DNA of 63,859 nucleotides, filler included, from Bigelowiella natans CCMP2755 (Eukaryota > Protista > Cercozoa): assembly GCA_000320545.1 (NCBI GenBank). It is 5 parts of 5 records of this genome, joined end to end, with 100 filler letters (N's around TTAATTAATTAA, not from the genome) between each part and the next. Parts side by side here need not be neighbours in the genome. Positions count along the whole stretch, not along the records: positions 19,509 to 41,104 come from ADNK01002875.1; positions 41,205 to 58,322 come from ADNK01001398.1; 3 more parts are not named here. One strand, written 5' to 3'. Below, one piece after another: positions 40,745-55,466 of the stretch. The notes beneath the pieces were generated by a model. It worked only from the letters and a program-made list of their open reading frames with translations. It was not told where the DNA came from and searched no databases. Within the stretch, counting starts at the first letter, position 1; each line of letters begins with the position of its first letter. The translations under genes were made by a program, and so were the position numbers.

Positions 40745-41104
40745 GCTACATATGATTTAACTTAACATCTCTACCTCCCCCCCCCCCCCCCCCCCCCCCC
40801 CCCCGTCATCTCCTCCGTTAGACGAGCTTCGTATGCGCCTACTTTCTCTTCATTGGTGATTCAGTAGAGCGTGTTATCGGCAAAGAAGGTAGTTACAACA
40901 TCCATCGGTGCAGTAAGAAGCGATAATAGAATGACGACTGATCTTTTCGTGTCCTTTTCGGTGTGGGTTCCTTTCAAATCCAATTCGTCTGTTAGCGGAC
41001 AAAATGCCGCCATAATTGCAAGCCGCCCCCCTCCCCCCCTCGATTGTAAGATTTATGCGAATACTAATATGATGACCTCCGTGCGGTAGGCTTTATATAC
41101 TCCG
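37271..41104 (+). CDS. Linker plus amino acid transporter (Aa_trans, AVT3/SLC36-like), truncated by the gap; C-terminal half of a putative fusion gene
   Basis: GAYLTLMKAFVGIGILAMPGAYAE|AGYVLATVFLVIIAVVSYYCAILLIKAK; VITFQELGLR|VMGERGKALVEGGIVVCQ|TSFVCAYFLFIGDSV. These match TM1-TM3 of the AVT/PAT family. An E..PL motif (GERRPLV) precedes them. Confidence 0.85.
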
Positions 41105-41204
41105 NNNNNNNNNNNNNNNNNNNNNNNNNNNNNNNNNNNNNNNNNNNNTTAATTAATTAANNNNNNNNNNNNNNNNNNNNNNNNNNNNNNNNNNNNNNNN
41201 NNNN
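41105..41204. other. Assembly gap with TTAATTAATTAA linker
   Basis: 100-bp N block with linker. Confidence 0.98.
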
Positions 41205-44099
41205 GGGGAAGCTTGGGGACGATAGTTAAAGAGAAAAGGAGTGGGGAGAGGGATAGATTATCATTACTGTCATCATCATCATCATCATCATCACCACCAC
41301 CATTCTCTTCTTCTTCTTCTTCTTCTTCTTCTTCTTCTTCTTCGGACTCGAGCAGGGGTTGGAACTGTCGTTGCGAAGTTTCATAAGGAAGGCTACAAGA
41401 TCGAAATCACCGGGCATTCGCTAGGAGCCGGAGTAGCCACGCTGCTGGGACTTCTGCTAAGGTGCTCTGCTGTTGATGCTCAGTGCTCATAGAGGGATGG
41501 ATGGTACCGCATGGGAAGAGGGGGGGCGGGGGAGGGGGGGGGAGGATTATGAGTTCTCACGTGCCGGTTTCCTCTGTGACAGACAGGCATAATTTGTCAG
41601 AGAGGCAAAAGAAAATTCCTGTTTGTTGTGGGTGCGGGAGGGGGGGGGGGGGGGGGGGGGATAAGTGCCCGTTATTACCTCCTAAGCTCATCGATGTATT
41701 CCACAAATAGCGCCCAAGACCCGACGTTGTCGATCGATGTGTACTGCTTCGCACCCCCGGCGTGCGTTTGCGAGAACCTCGCCAAGCGCTGCTTGAGGAG
41801 AGGCTATAAGCTCAATGCGGAGGAGGAGGAGGAGGAGGAGGAGGACGGAGGGAGCGGGGGCAATAGACCGAAAGAGGATGCGAAGGATGGAACAGGGTTC
41901 TCTATGCGTTTTCTTTTGCTGTTGTGTCTGACAGAAAGCCTCAGCTGATGAGAGAGGGGATGTGTGACGTGAATCGTGGCGTTGTGACGGTGAATATCAT
42001 CGTCATCATCATCATGACCCTGTTGGTGTTTTTTTTATTTCCGCTGCCAATCGACCCTAACCTCCCCCCCCCTCCCAAGTAATGAGAGAAGTGAGGGCCG
42101 GATAATTTTCTTGTAAAGGCCGAGGAATCTCAACCACCGCAGCAGGAAGTACATGTGCCCTGGGAAGGAACGTGAAACAGGGGTGCGAAACTGCTCGTTG
42201 TCGCAATCATCGTCGTCATCTTCATCTCCTTCATCACTGTCATCATCATCACTATCTTTATCACCATCATCATCATGATCATATCCTGTACCATCCGTAA
42301 CACCTCATTGTCCCCCATTTCTATGGCGCGATTGCTGCTACTGCTGCTGATGACCACGACGACGACGACGTGTGTATGTGTCTAAATACATCGCTTATCT
42401 ACCATCGTTGGCATTGCTATGCTCAACCTCCCTACATTATTTGATCATTATCATTTTTGAAGGTTCGGGTATTGTCAATGGTGCTTGGAGACGACGCTGT
42501 CAGTTGTGTTTCCTAGCAGTAGTTCTGCGTCTCTCCCTTCGCGCGTGTACCTTCTGCCCGCCGTCGCTCCTTCACGTCTCTCACATATTCGGAATAGTTA
42601 AGAGTGTGTGATATTGTGTGCGTGCGTGCGTATTCGCGTTTGACTTAGGTGCCGAGAGCAAGCACAAAGAACATCCTTACATGCGCGCATGAGATCGTGT
42701 CAAAAAAGGGGTGAGTGCGCGAGCAATCCTTTACTCAGCACCATAACAACACTTCCACAACACTTGGCACAACAATTGAAGTTAAATCGAAAACAACAAG
42801 GAATCAGCAGCTAAAACCCTACTACCTCACCCCCCCCCACCCACCCCTCTTCTCTTCAGGCAGTGGAAGCCAGCTCTCCAACGTCACGTTGAAGATATAA
42901 GGCAGAGGGCCATGGGCCTATGGGCTCCGATGAAGAGGGCGACTCATTGGTACTACCAACGAACCACACACGTAAGAGAACAACGGCGCAAAAACGATAC
43001 GAGGATTACGATGGGGTGGACAAAAATGCATTACCAAACGTTTCACCAACTGTGTACGTATACTTCCCTCCTCGTTTCGTCTCGGAAAGGGGGCTAGCTG
43101 CGCTTCGCTTAACTCGTGGGACGCGGCGCATGCCGTCGTCGTTATCGTCGTCATTTTCGCTGCATCAGCGCAATCACAAATACACAATCGACGCGTTGTG
43201 TCTTCACTGCTGCAGGTGATGTGATGTTTGCTGGCCCCCCCCCCCCTTGGACTTAGGACGCGGATGGCGCGATGGCGCGGTCGAATACGCGAAATGCTTC
43301 CAGCTACTACCTAACTGACAGCGGGAGGGCAAGCATTGCGACAAGGGGGCCCCCCCCCCCCCCCTCCTCTTCATCCTGTTCTGTGTGATATAATATCATG
43401 TTTCTATCGTTATTTTTGTGCGTGGGGCGAAATGGCAAGAGGAGGGACGAGACGTGAATAAAGCTCTTAGTTGGTGATTCTCGGTTCTTGCCGGGATATA
43501 CGACCTCATCGATCACCGTTGATGATGGTGTGTTGGTCGATGCCGTTTGGTTGATTGTACGCAGGAATTCGGTCTGAAGACTGGGATCTTGCTCGTGCCT
43601 CCAGGGTGAAGAGGAGTTTGTTTGTTTGTTTGCTTGCTTGCGCACGGATGTGATCGTTGCGGTGGTGATGGTGATGAGGATGATGATAATGATGATACTG
43701 GCGACTTCTTCATTCTACTACACTTTCCGTTTACGTAAGAATAATAATAACAATAATCATCATCATCATCATGAGCATGAACAAGAATCATACGGCCACA
43801 ACTGCCTGCATTGAAGGAAACAATCCTGTCCTCGAATTTCAGGGCTATCATCCACGTATACTCACACAATGGAAGGAGAACTGCGTCTCTTGTTGACCAT
43901 ACATGGTGCTCGTGAGGAGAGAAGGAGAGAGGGGGGGGGGGGGGGGGGGGCAAACTCTATCAGCGCATGTCGCCATCTCTGAAATTGTAATGATGACAAT
44001 GGCAATGATGATGATGAGGAGGAGGAGGAGGAAGATGCCTACTGTCGTTATGCTCACTCAAAAGAAGACTATACACACACGATGATTCGCCATGGTCGC

Positions 44100-44136
<37 letters not shown>

Positions 44137-44363
44137 GTCATCACTAGGAGTGGGTTCCAGAGGGTGGAGATATCGAGGCACACGTTCAAGGACCACTCAA
44201 GGGAGGCCATCATTTCTTCCCTGAGAGACACCGCTTTCGCGCGGCGTGCGAAGAAGGTCGCACCGCTATTTGTGTCGCTGAAAACGATGAACGGCATGTC
44301 AGCGGACACCCATAATTTTTATATTAAATTGTATATTGTACATCTTTTTCAAGAATTTTTTTA

Positions 44364-44405
<42 letters not shown>

Positions 44406-44637
44406 AGTTTTTGACGATGTATTAAATATGGCATTTTACCGAAAGCGTGTAAACACGTGTACCATGTGTTTGATGCGCGTCGTCACGGAAAGGGAAAAAC
44501 CGTTTGTGAATCATATTCTTTACCCCCCCCCCCTCAGCCTCCTCCAAAATGGGCGCGAGCTCCACCATTCGGTTGATTAGCGTAGCTGTGACCGTGTCAC
44601 CCACCCACACACACACACACACGCATATATACATTTA

Positions 44638-44679
<42 letters not shown>

Positions 44680-45477
44680 CGTGTATGTTCATCGTTTACG
44701 ACCAAATTTTCATTCTTCATTAGCACATTATGTCTTCCATACTACCCAACTCAACCTTCCCTCCCCCCAAACCCCCTCCCCTTCCTAGGACCCGTGCTAT
44801 GTTCTGTTTGCGGCTACAGCGTCGCTTGGGCTTGTAGCAGCAACAACCCATTGGAGCAGTCTTGGTAGAAATAATAGTGTCACTGTTGTCATTAGTACTA
44901 CTACTAGTAAATATGGTGGCCATGCGGGGAAGAGGAGGAGGAAAGAAGAGCTGTGTGTTACTCTTCAAACACCACGATGGAGAAGTGGGCTAGGACGTTG
45001 TGAAAACAACGGCTACTAAGATTAACGCGAAAGCGTTTCTTCTCTGCCGCGAGATGGTTTGTAAGAGCCATTTCGAGGCCAGAAACATCAGCTTCTCCCG
45101 GCGAGAAGACGTCTAATGTTGATTTGGCTTCATTAATACTTCCAACTTGTTCGGTAGGGAGCTGCGGCATTGCTACTCTTGTGGCCGCATCGTTTGCGCC
45201 GGATGCTCATCTAATGAAGTGGCTCTGCCGGGTATTCAGATGATGATGATGATGATGATGATAATGCTGAATTTGGTAATGGTTTTCATGAGAGGAAAGA
45301 ATGCTAAATCTGAGCATTGGTCGCTTCAGTACTTTTTCGATCATACGATTTCATTTCATATCAGATATAGGAATCCCAACACCTGTGCGGGTTTGCGAGC
45401 AGTGTTTTTTGAACTCATGCCGCGGGGAGGCTCACGAACTGCTTGCTACAACACCTGCTCCTTCTGGGGGGAAATGA
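41205..45477 (+). CDS. Class-3 (DAGL-like) lipase with C-terminal FYVE-type zinc finger; 5' end lost at the gap
   Basis: GYKIEITGHSLGAGVATLLG (GxSxG), VYCFAPPACV, VLSMVLGDDAVS, and TFKDHS (candidate catalytic His). Then CSVC...RHCYSCGRIVCAGCS..VALP|DIGIPTPVRVCEQC, stop at 45475-45477. Confidence 0.82.
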
Positions 45478-46279
45478 CAATCAGAGTCACTGTTGGTTGG
45501 ACGTAATGTCACACATGCAATCGAGATGGGGAAATAGCTTAGATAGCTGAATACTTCCTTCTTTCTGCGCTGCTTCGGATGAGACGTGTGGTGCTTCATT
45601 TATGTGAGACGGATGTAATGAATAAATTAAATTTGTTCCATTTATGTACATGGCCTGAATAGTTTTAAGGGTCATCTAGTCATGCACAATAGTGACTTGG
45701 AGAGCTTGGCTCGTCAAATAACCATGTCTGGACTATTTGGCATGTCGTGCAGTGCTATGCTAGGCGACGCGATGTCACAGCGACTATAAGCATAACCGCT
45801 TGCTACAGCTAAACTGGCCGCTCATGATGCATCTATTGCACGTCATTATGGCACTAACGATGCTGACTGTGCTGGCAAACTATGCATGTAGTACTCGTTA
45901 AAAATATGTTCGTAGCAACTAATTATTATGTTGCGAGCAGTTGCATTGATTCGTCAGCACCAATAAGCGTAGCCAAATGACGTTTAGACAAAAAATCGAC
46001 GGATGGCCAATCGCCAACGTGTTGTTTAAATCTGTACATAAAATTTATATCGATCGAATAATGGTGTACACTACTGCGTGTCACAATGATCTAAAATGTA
46101 GGTAGGTCGGCCGAATACGCCGTTAGCAAGCGCAGCTAATAAGTACCATTAAGAGACTCATACCACGTACGTATCTAATTGGATTGTGGTCCTCCTCGAA
46201 AAGAAGCGTCGTACAAAGCATCGATTCATCAATTCTTTTTATCATTATTTTATGGTGCTGAATTGATATATCAGTGTTC

Positions 46280-47817
<1,538 letters not shown>

Positions 47818-48415
47818 TCTCACCTAAATAGATGAGGATGTTTCATGCTCGTGGTTTGAATCGAAAGGGCCACCGTTGGTACCAGAGGTCAGACCTTCCT
47901 TCTCTGAGATGCATTTTTATAGCTTCGATAATCCAGAACCAACTTGAAGGTTGCCAGAGTCCCGACTGCAGCGACCGCACCTGTGACCAAATTACTGCGA
48001 CAGGATGATTATTAGTTTTGATGTATTGAAAGGCACATATCAGTTGTCAATCAATACCATTTACTTTATAAACAATACACACGCACGCATGCACGCACGC
48101 ATGCACGTACACATGCACAACGCCCATGCACCCGCAGAGAGAAGAGACGGGGAGCGGTAGGGATTAGAGGAAGAGAACAGCAATTTCCGCAGTTTGGCTT
48201 TCACAAAACGGAACTATCTCTCGCGTAAGGAATTAATTTATTCTCTATGAACAATCTTCTGAAATTCTCAATGCTTTACATGTATGATGTTCCAACACGA
48301 GTTGTTTATGGTTGGGATTTGCTATGTATGTTCAACCTCCGTTGGAAATCACAACAGTGGGGAAGGGGGAAAAGTAAGGTGAATAGCATTATGCACTCAA
48401 CGTAACTCTCATACC

Positions 48416-48843
48416 GGATATTCCATAATGAACCCGGCGATGACATCCCGCCCTACAAAGGATCCGCCAAGATCTTCACGTGTCAAGTTCGAATGAAGAA
48501 ATGTCCGCGAACAAACGTCCTTTGATGTTCCCGCCCTGAAATCCCAAGTTGTCCCCAAAAGGAATCTTCCAGCTCTCCCTCAAAACTTTTGGCAAACGCC
48601 CTTTCCCTCGTATGCAGCTGGCTTCAAGTGATCAACAGAGCGCAAGCATCTGAAGGGTTAGATCTAGAAAGAAAAAGAAGGAGCTTCGTCCTTCTTCCTG
48701 ATCACCTAAAATCGATGGCGGTTCTCAAGCTGCGACATGTCAAAATGAGAGAACTATCGGAATTTTGCCCCGGGTTTTTGATGAAGAACCGAACCGAATT
48801 TGGGGCCGGAATGAATGAAACACTTTGTTTTCCTGAACACTGA
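48416..48843 (+). CDS. Possible 3' exons of a small hypothetical gene
   Basis: Exon-like IFHNEPGDDIPPYKGSAKIFTCQ and an acceptor-preceded ORF WLQVINRAQ...CFPEH*, followed by the 3'-flank signature tract. Confidence 0.3.
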
Positions 48844-49752
48844 ACCACACTGCGGCGAGGGGAGGAGCAGGCCGGGGAGGGGAGACGAAAACGTAGCATC
48901 TAGACATGAGATGAAAGGGAGGAAACAAATGGCAGACAGCACAGGAGTGGCTGGCTGCACAAAAGTGCACATTGCAAAAGTGGTCAGTGTGTGGAACGCA
49001 ATGCGAATTGAATTGAATTGAATTGAATTTGATGATGACTACATTCCCAAAACATTTCATGATGTTTGCAACGTGCGAAACGCAGTGCCTCGAGCTAAAT
49101 CTAGCGAGGTCTAACTTTGGGCATGACGCCGCGCTAGCGCGCTTGCGCGACATGCAACGAGCTTGCAAAAGCGAAAACAAACAAAGTGCAGAGAGAGAGG
49201 CTAGGCTAGTAGGGTGAAAGGGGGGGGGGCTAGAAGCTAGAAGGGGGGGGGGACAATGGCACACATGCGTGACAAACAATGGCGTCCAGCGCACACACTT
49301 GTCCAGCACACATTGTGTGTTCCTGATGCGACAATGACCCTTGCAAGCTTGCTGTAGCTTGCCTCATCGCACGTGACTTGCGGCCGCAAAGTCTAGAAGT
49401 GCTGCGCGCCACATCCTCACTGTGTGTGTGTGTGCATGCATGTGTTCGATTCGGTGCGTGCTGTGACACATGCTAGCAGACGTGCATGATGTATTTTAGC
49501 TAGCTAGCTAGCACGTTACACATTGTGCATTGTGCATGCATGCATTCGCATCGTCTCTAGATCTGTTGCTGCAGCTCATGCACAGTGCACAGTGTCAAGC
49601 ATTTCTAGACTTGGACTGATGCACATTTGCTATCTCGCCACGGCATTTCTAGATGTCTGCAAGCGCATGCTTCGCATCAATGCGAATGTGCAAATGTGTA
49701 AATCTACGATGTTACTGATAATGTCGATGACGATTTTCGACGTAAAATAAGT

Positions 49753-51590
49753 TCAAATCGTCGTGGATCTTAAACGAAGCACTGTAGCCGTTTGGTGCAT
49801 CTGCTGCAACGCTCGTAATTTTGCCTCAATTCTAATTGTTATTTTTCTGATCACATCAATGGGGTGCTTCAATTCGTCTGAAGCATTTCCTCCAAGAGTG
49901 AGGCGACAACGATCCATCTCATCTGCCTGATATAGTATCTCCCCTAGTCTGAGCAAATCCGCATGCTCAATGTCCGCCGTGTCAATGCTATTCGATGGCG
50001 CGTGTATGAGCAGACTTTCAACTCGTTGAACTCTTTTCGTTAAGTTTCGCGCAGCCTTTGCACGCGCCGAACTATTGCGGAACACGACCTTCATCAGATA
50101 TGTGCCCCCAACAGCAGCAAAAGCGGCTGGTAGCAGCACCATCATACTGAAAGCGAACCGATTCGCCTCAACAAGGCGGACTAGCTGTAGCATAGATGAA
50201 TCCAGATCCACGCGGAGACGTTGGATCTAATGAATGAAACGCACAAATCAAAAACAACTGGAAATTACACCACGTCTAGGAAACACAATACCTGCACCAA
50301 AAGCCCATGAATTACACCCTCGTACTCAACATTCGACTGGAGGCCTAAATGGAAACATGATAATGTGTGTGAAGGTAAGCCGGAGGTCACATTTCGATAT
50401 GATGAACTGAAAGACGCACCGTTGATGGGAACGAGGTGCCCCTTTGATGCCTTTCGCATCATTGCCTTGGTCTCGGGAGAGTATTTGTCTTCATAATTAT
50501 TGAGAAGGATAGAGAGCGTCGTGCGGCTTCGTTTCAAGCTCGCTGCTGCGGATCGAGAAGAATCATCCGGTTGAACGTTTGCGAAACCTTGGACTGTAGT
50601 GAACATGCTCCGCAGAAAAGGAGCAAGGAAGCAGTCCCATACTGCAAATTTACCCAGCTCGGTGCTACCAGCTACAATCGTCATCGCCCAAACTGATTGA
50701 GACACAAGACCGACGCCAGTGGCAAACGCCAAGTATGAGGGCAAGTGCTGGATGAGGTGGGAAGGCTGGTGTAGCTCCCAAATATCCATGTACTCGCTGA
50801 CCCTGTTTTCGAATTCTGTGAGGGATTCGGTGATTAGATGAGATAATGGTGCGAGGATATCCTTCCTGGCAGCCTTTCCGCCGAGAATCGAATCGGACCC
50901 CTCGAGCTGGAGGTAGATGGCGTCACAATAAAGCAAGTACTGCTTTGTGTGCTCGATGCTTAGGGTGTCGAGTTGTTCCATCTCATGAAGGCGGCAATGC
51001 ACAGCTGCAGCCTCTCGTAAAAGCCTTTTCCGGATTGATCGCAATTTCTGCATGTGAATTCTCAACTTTGACCTTCTCGCAAACATCACCGCATGAAACC
51101 AGCTTCGAACATCGGCTTGCAGGAGAGAAAAAGATGCTTCCTCGACGTAAGTGGAGACATTGCTCAAAATGTCAGAAACAGGATTTCGCGTTCTGCGTTC
51201 AAAATACTTGAGTTGGTCATTGATCTGAGAGATCATTCGGAGCATCGAATCACGGGTTATTTGATGGTAGCACATCAGAACCTCCATCGCAAATACGTGC
51301 CGTATGCGACGATATTCTGGAGTGCATATGAGAGCTACGTCCCCGGGCGAGGATGACAGCGAGCGCATCTGTTCGACCACACTCTGAAGGGTTTTTAGAT
51401 CTTGCGAAGGGAGCTGGGAAAGGATACTGTCGAGTTTGTGGAGAGTGGACTCATTGGCCACAAGCTTTGCCGCCTTCACATCTTGAAGATCAAGATCTGC
51501 GAGAACCTCAGGAGGCGTTTGGCGCTTTGCAGCTAGTGCAAAGGCACCAGAAAGATTGAGTGATCGCTTAGATAAGCCTGCCGACTCCAT
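49753..51590 (-). CDS. NCA2 / DGS1-like mitochondrial outer membrane protein
   Basis: GLLVQ|IQRLRVDLDSSMLQLVRLVEANRFAFSMMVLLPA matches the NCA2/DGS1 motif LLIQ.QK.K.D...AM..LD.IL.AN...F....ALPA. There is a short GT-AG intron at about 50292-50228 and probably another near 50420-50345. Confidence 0.75.
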
Positions 51591-52837
51591 CCCAGCAATG
51601 AGGTAATCTGAAATTGTGGGGGTTGCAAATCTATTAGTAAGATGTCAGAGCTTCCCCATTTCCTGCGTCCATCCCATCCCCCCCGCCCCCCTTCTCCCTT
51701 GATCTAGCCCTCCCGATTTGTGACTGACGTTGAGAAGGTGTCCACGTGAGGACACACTTATCTATACACCCTTGTCCACTTGGCCGTTTGGCTTGATTCG
51801 TCTTCCACCGTTGCAAGAGTTCTTTGCCAGTCTCCATCTGAGTGAAAATCCGTCACTGACGGGCATATATCGGTAAAATTGCCCTGAAAAGTACGTCGAT
51901 CAGTTTTTTTGGAAGAGCCTCCCATCGATCTATTTTTGCCGCCATGACGCATAGGAAGATTGGGATTTATTCTGTGTTGTCAGCAAAAACAGATGGGATT
52001 TATCAGGAGCGTCAGTGTGAGTATGGATCTGTACCGAGAAGAATACGAGAAAATGCGCCATCGGGTATCTTGTTGGTTACTCCCAGAATATTCCGCGAAA
52101 CTGTCCTCGGCTCTTCTCTCTTTCCTCCTCTCTCTCCGATCTGGATTGGGAAAATGTAAGCACCAACCAACCATATCACCATGATTGCTACTTTACGCCG
52201 TGCACAGTCAATTTCTATTTTTTATTGCTTTCTGTTTTGACTTCTTTTCTCTCTGAATCTAGCTCCTTCCCTCCTCCTTCGTCGCCCCGCCGTCCTGTAC
52301 TCTTCCTCCCTCCTTCCCCATATCTGTTCGAACCAAATATAAATGCAAACAGTAGCATTGAGCAACACAGCGACGTGCATGTCCTTGTCTGTTACCCCTT
52401 GTTGCGAACCATCTGTGTCTAAAAATCTGACACGACACTTGTCATTGGCCACGATGTAAGCCAACAGCTGCAAGGCTTGTGCAGGGTTTGCTGCAAATTC
52501 ACGCCATTCTAACGCTGCTTCTACAAACTACGCACGCCATGGGCATTTTGTGCAAATTTTGTGCGCTGCTGAACATGCACAGCAATCCAACAATGTCCTG
52601 CCCCAGCGAGCAATGACAGCACGCATGTTGTGCTGCACATGTAAAGCGCCGAAACAGGTGATTGCTCAAGTGAAATATGTGACAATAGCAATCTAGCATT
52701 TACATTTAGGAAATCCAGAAATATAGTCATACGTACATTATTATTCCTGATGCCCGGTCTCCTTTAGGTTAATGGTTACATCATACAGATCCAATTGTTG
52801 ACCACGGCAAGACTTATCGATCAGGATTCTGAGCATT

Positions 52838-55466
52838 TTATCCAATGGCTTGATCATCGTGGGCTTGGGAATTATTGCTGTTATTTCCTATTTTCAGGAG
52901 ATCCTCACCCCCTTTGGATAGCTCCGAGGCAAACCGAACGGAGAGATCGAAGTTAGGTCTATCTAATTCCAACACAAGTACTTCGATCTGGGGATGAGGA
53001 TTTTCTTCCACGGCAAAGAGCATGGGAGATTCAGCTAGCCAAACATTGCCATCGAGAAAGGGTGCAGGTACGTACAGGCAGTTTTGAGGACCCTTTTCGG
53101 TCCAATAGCGGCCCAGTGGGTTCGAATTCACCCATACATAGCCCTTACCCCACCCTTCCATGTCGATAAATGAGTCCTTTCGTCCTTCCGGAACCGTGAC
53201 CGTGGTCCAAAAGAAAGAAGGGCCTTCAAAGAGAATTGTAGAGTTGGAGCCAGTGGAGGTTTCTTGCTCGGGAAATGGAATGCCAGAAAGATCTTTGGAA
53301 TGCAAAGGCAGGCACGTGACTTCCCACCCGTTTCCCTTCGGAAGGAAGACCTCATCGTTGAGCAACACGCCGAATGGGAGGCCCTTCAGCTGTTCATCCA
53401 TTCCATGAGCAAAGTTGATGCGGCCTTTGTCTCGACAAGGATATCATTACGGTCGCTCTCCCTTGCACCAGGACCAAAGAGCGAGCGTGTAGTTGGTGTC
53501 TGTACGATATACAACCCCTTGTAACCTGCCATCAATGAAGACTTGTGCGCGATCACGAGGCCCCGACGGGAAAGTGAGTTTCGAACCAGATCTCAATGCA
53601 GGGAGTCGTGCAGAATACCTTCAGATTTTAAGGAGATAGCAAAAGCTATACATCAGATTTCAAAGAGCAGGTACAATGCAACAAAAGCCACTTCTCACGA
53701 TACATTTATTTGACTGACGACTTTACTAAATCTAATAGACACGGTAAACTTTGCTTCATTATTTCCATTTTTGGCAGTATGAATTACAGAGCAAGTCCGT
53801 AGTAGCAGCCAAATTTCTCCATTGCCAGATTCCTTGCTATGGGGCCTGAAGACTGCATTCTCCCTCCTGACAACGCAGAAATCGTTGAGGGAGCTAAAAG
53901 AGATGCCTTTCTTGATAGCTTCACAGACTTGCCTTTGAACAATGCAGTGCTCTGAATGTGATCTGGTTCGGCTGGGATTCGGGATGAGCCGTCAGACACT
54001 GGGTTCCAGTGGCGTTCCAACACTCTTCTAAGGGCAATAAACTTGTCCTCCTTGTTAATGTCAACGCCGTGGTGCCCGTTCTCTGCAATGGGCGCGCTGT
54101 AGTCGTAGCTGATATACAAAAATGCAAGACTAAGATTCAAATTTATGCTCTGGATTTATCCTTTAAATACGGATACATAATCCAGTTTGCGTATGGTACT
54201 CATGCACAGATTTTCTCGAATATTGACAGGATTTGTGGATGCACACTTACGAGGTGATCATGGGTTGGAAATCGGTCGCATTAGTCCCGGCCGCACCGCT
54301 CCAGAATCCAAAATTCGATCCTCCATGAGCCATATATAGCGCGAATGATGAGTTCCTCTTTAACAGGTCTTCTACTCGCTGTGCCAAATCTTTGGCCGTC
54401 ACATGCATCGTGCTATCTTCCCCCCAACGGGTCATCCAGCCAGTGTAAATCTCGGAGCACATGTTGGGTGATTTTCCTCGCTCGTTCATACCATGCTGAG
54501 CTCGGAATGTTACGCCAGGTTTCTTACAGGTGTCTCCAACTGTGTATATGGAACCCCCTGGGAAGCTGCCACGCCTTAAAAACTTCTCGTACCCGAAGTC
54601 TGTTGTGAATAGGACGATCTGGTATCCTAAGATCTCTTTGGCAGTGGAAATGAGTTTCTGCATGTAGCGTCTGTCCGAAGGATTCTCTTGCACATTGCCA
54701 TAGAATCCGTATTCGTTCTCGACCTGCACCATCACGATAGGCCCTCCGTTGGAGTATAGTTGCGGCCGTACCTAAAAGAAAGTCGAAATTTTCGTTATTC
54801 AAATATGCCTTTTCCTTTGGGATTTCGCAAGTGCTTCTTTTTTAGTTTATGAAGGAACGTGCGTGAAGCATAGATGACTTCTTGGTGGGTACCAAGAAGC
54901 GTAAATTTTCGCTAGAAATGTTGTTGAGTATCGACCAGAGCTAGGATGGTACGCCACCAGCGCATTGCATGGCTTATGAAAGGTTCGGCGTCAGTTCTGA
55001 GGGCGGTAGCACCTTCTTTTACAAGCCATCCTGGTAACCCTCCAAAGTCCCATTCAGCACAAATGTATGGTCCTGGACGAAGAATTACAAGTAAACTATT
55101 TTCTTGAGCCAAGCGAATGAACTCTTTCAGATCTTTTTGCCCTCCGAAATTGTAAGAGCCTTCGCTTTTCTCATGGAAGTTCCATGGCACGTAAGTCGAT
55201 ACAGTATTGAGCCCCATAGCTCTAATTCGCATCAGACGATCGTTCCAATATGCCCTTGGAACCCGAGAGTAGTGCATACAACCGGCCTTTAGAATGATCG
55301 GCCTCCCATTGATGACGAAGCGGTCTCTTTCTATTTTAAACGATCGTGATGGCGACAACGAAGAACTAGTATTGGAAATTAGAATCGGTGCCATGTTCTT
55401 CTCCCATGCTCCCCATGTCCGAGGAAATGAATACGCTACGAGAAGGGAGACGGTGATTGCGATCAT
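52838..55466 (-). CDS. Beta-galactosidase, glycoside hydrolase family 35, secreted/lysosomal, 4 exons
   Basis: Signal peptide; MGLNTVSTYVPWNFHE, ILRPGPYICAEWDFGGLPGWL, NGGPIVMVQVENEYG (acid/base E), CSEIYTGW (nucleophile E), YMAHGGSNFG, TS|YDYSAPI, GKGYVWVN..LGRYW, GPQNCLYVP. Confidence 0.95.

Noticed and set aside
39549-45477. Extending the fusion to transporter + lipase-FYVE
   Set aside because: The two are separated by an artificial gap at 41105-41204 and each is truncated there, so they are most simply different genes.
51944-52460. Small + strand ORFs between NCA2-like and GH35
   Set aside because: Some exon-like character but no coherent model or family, so not listed as a feature.
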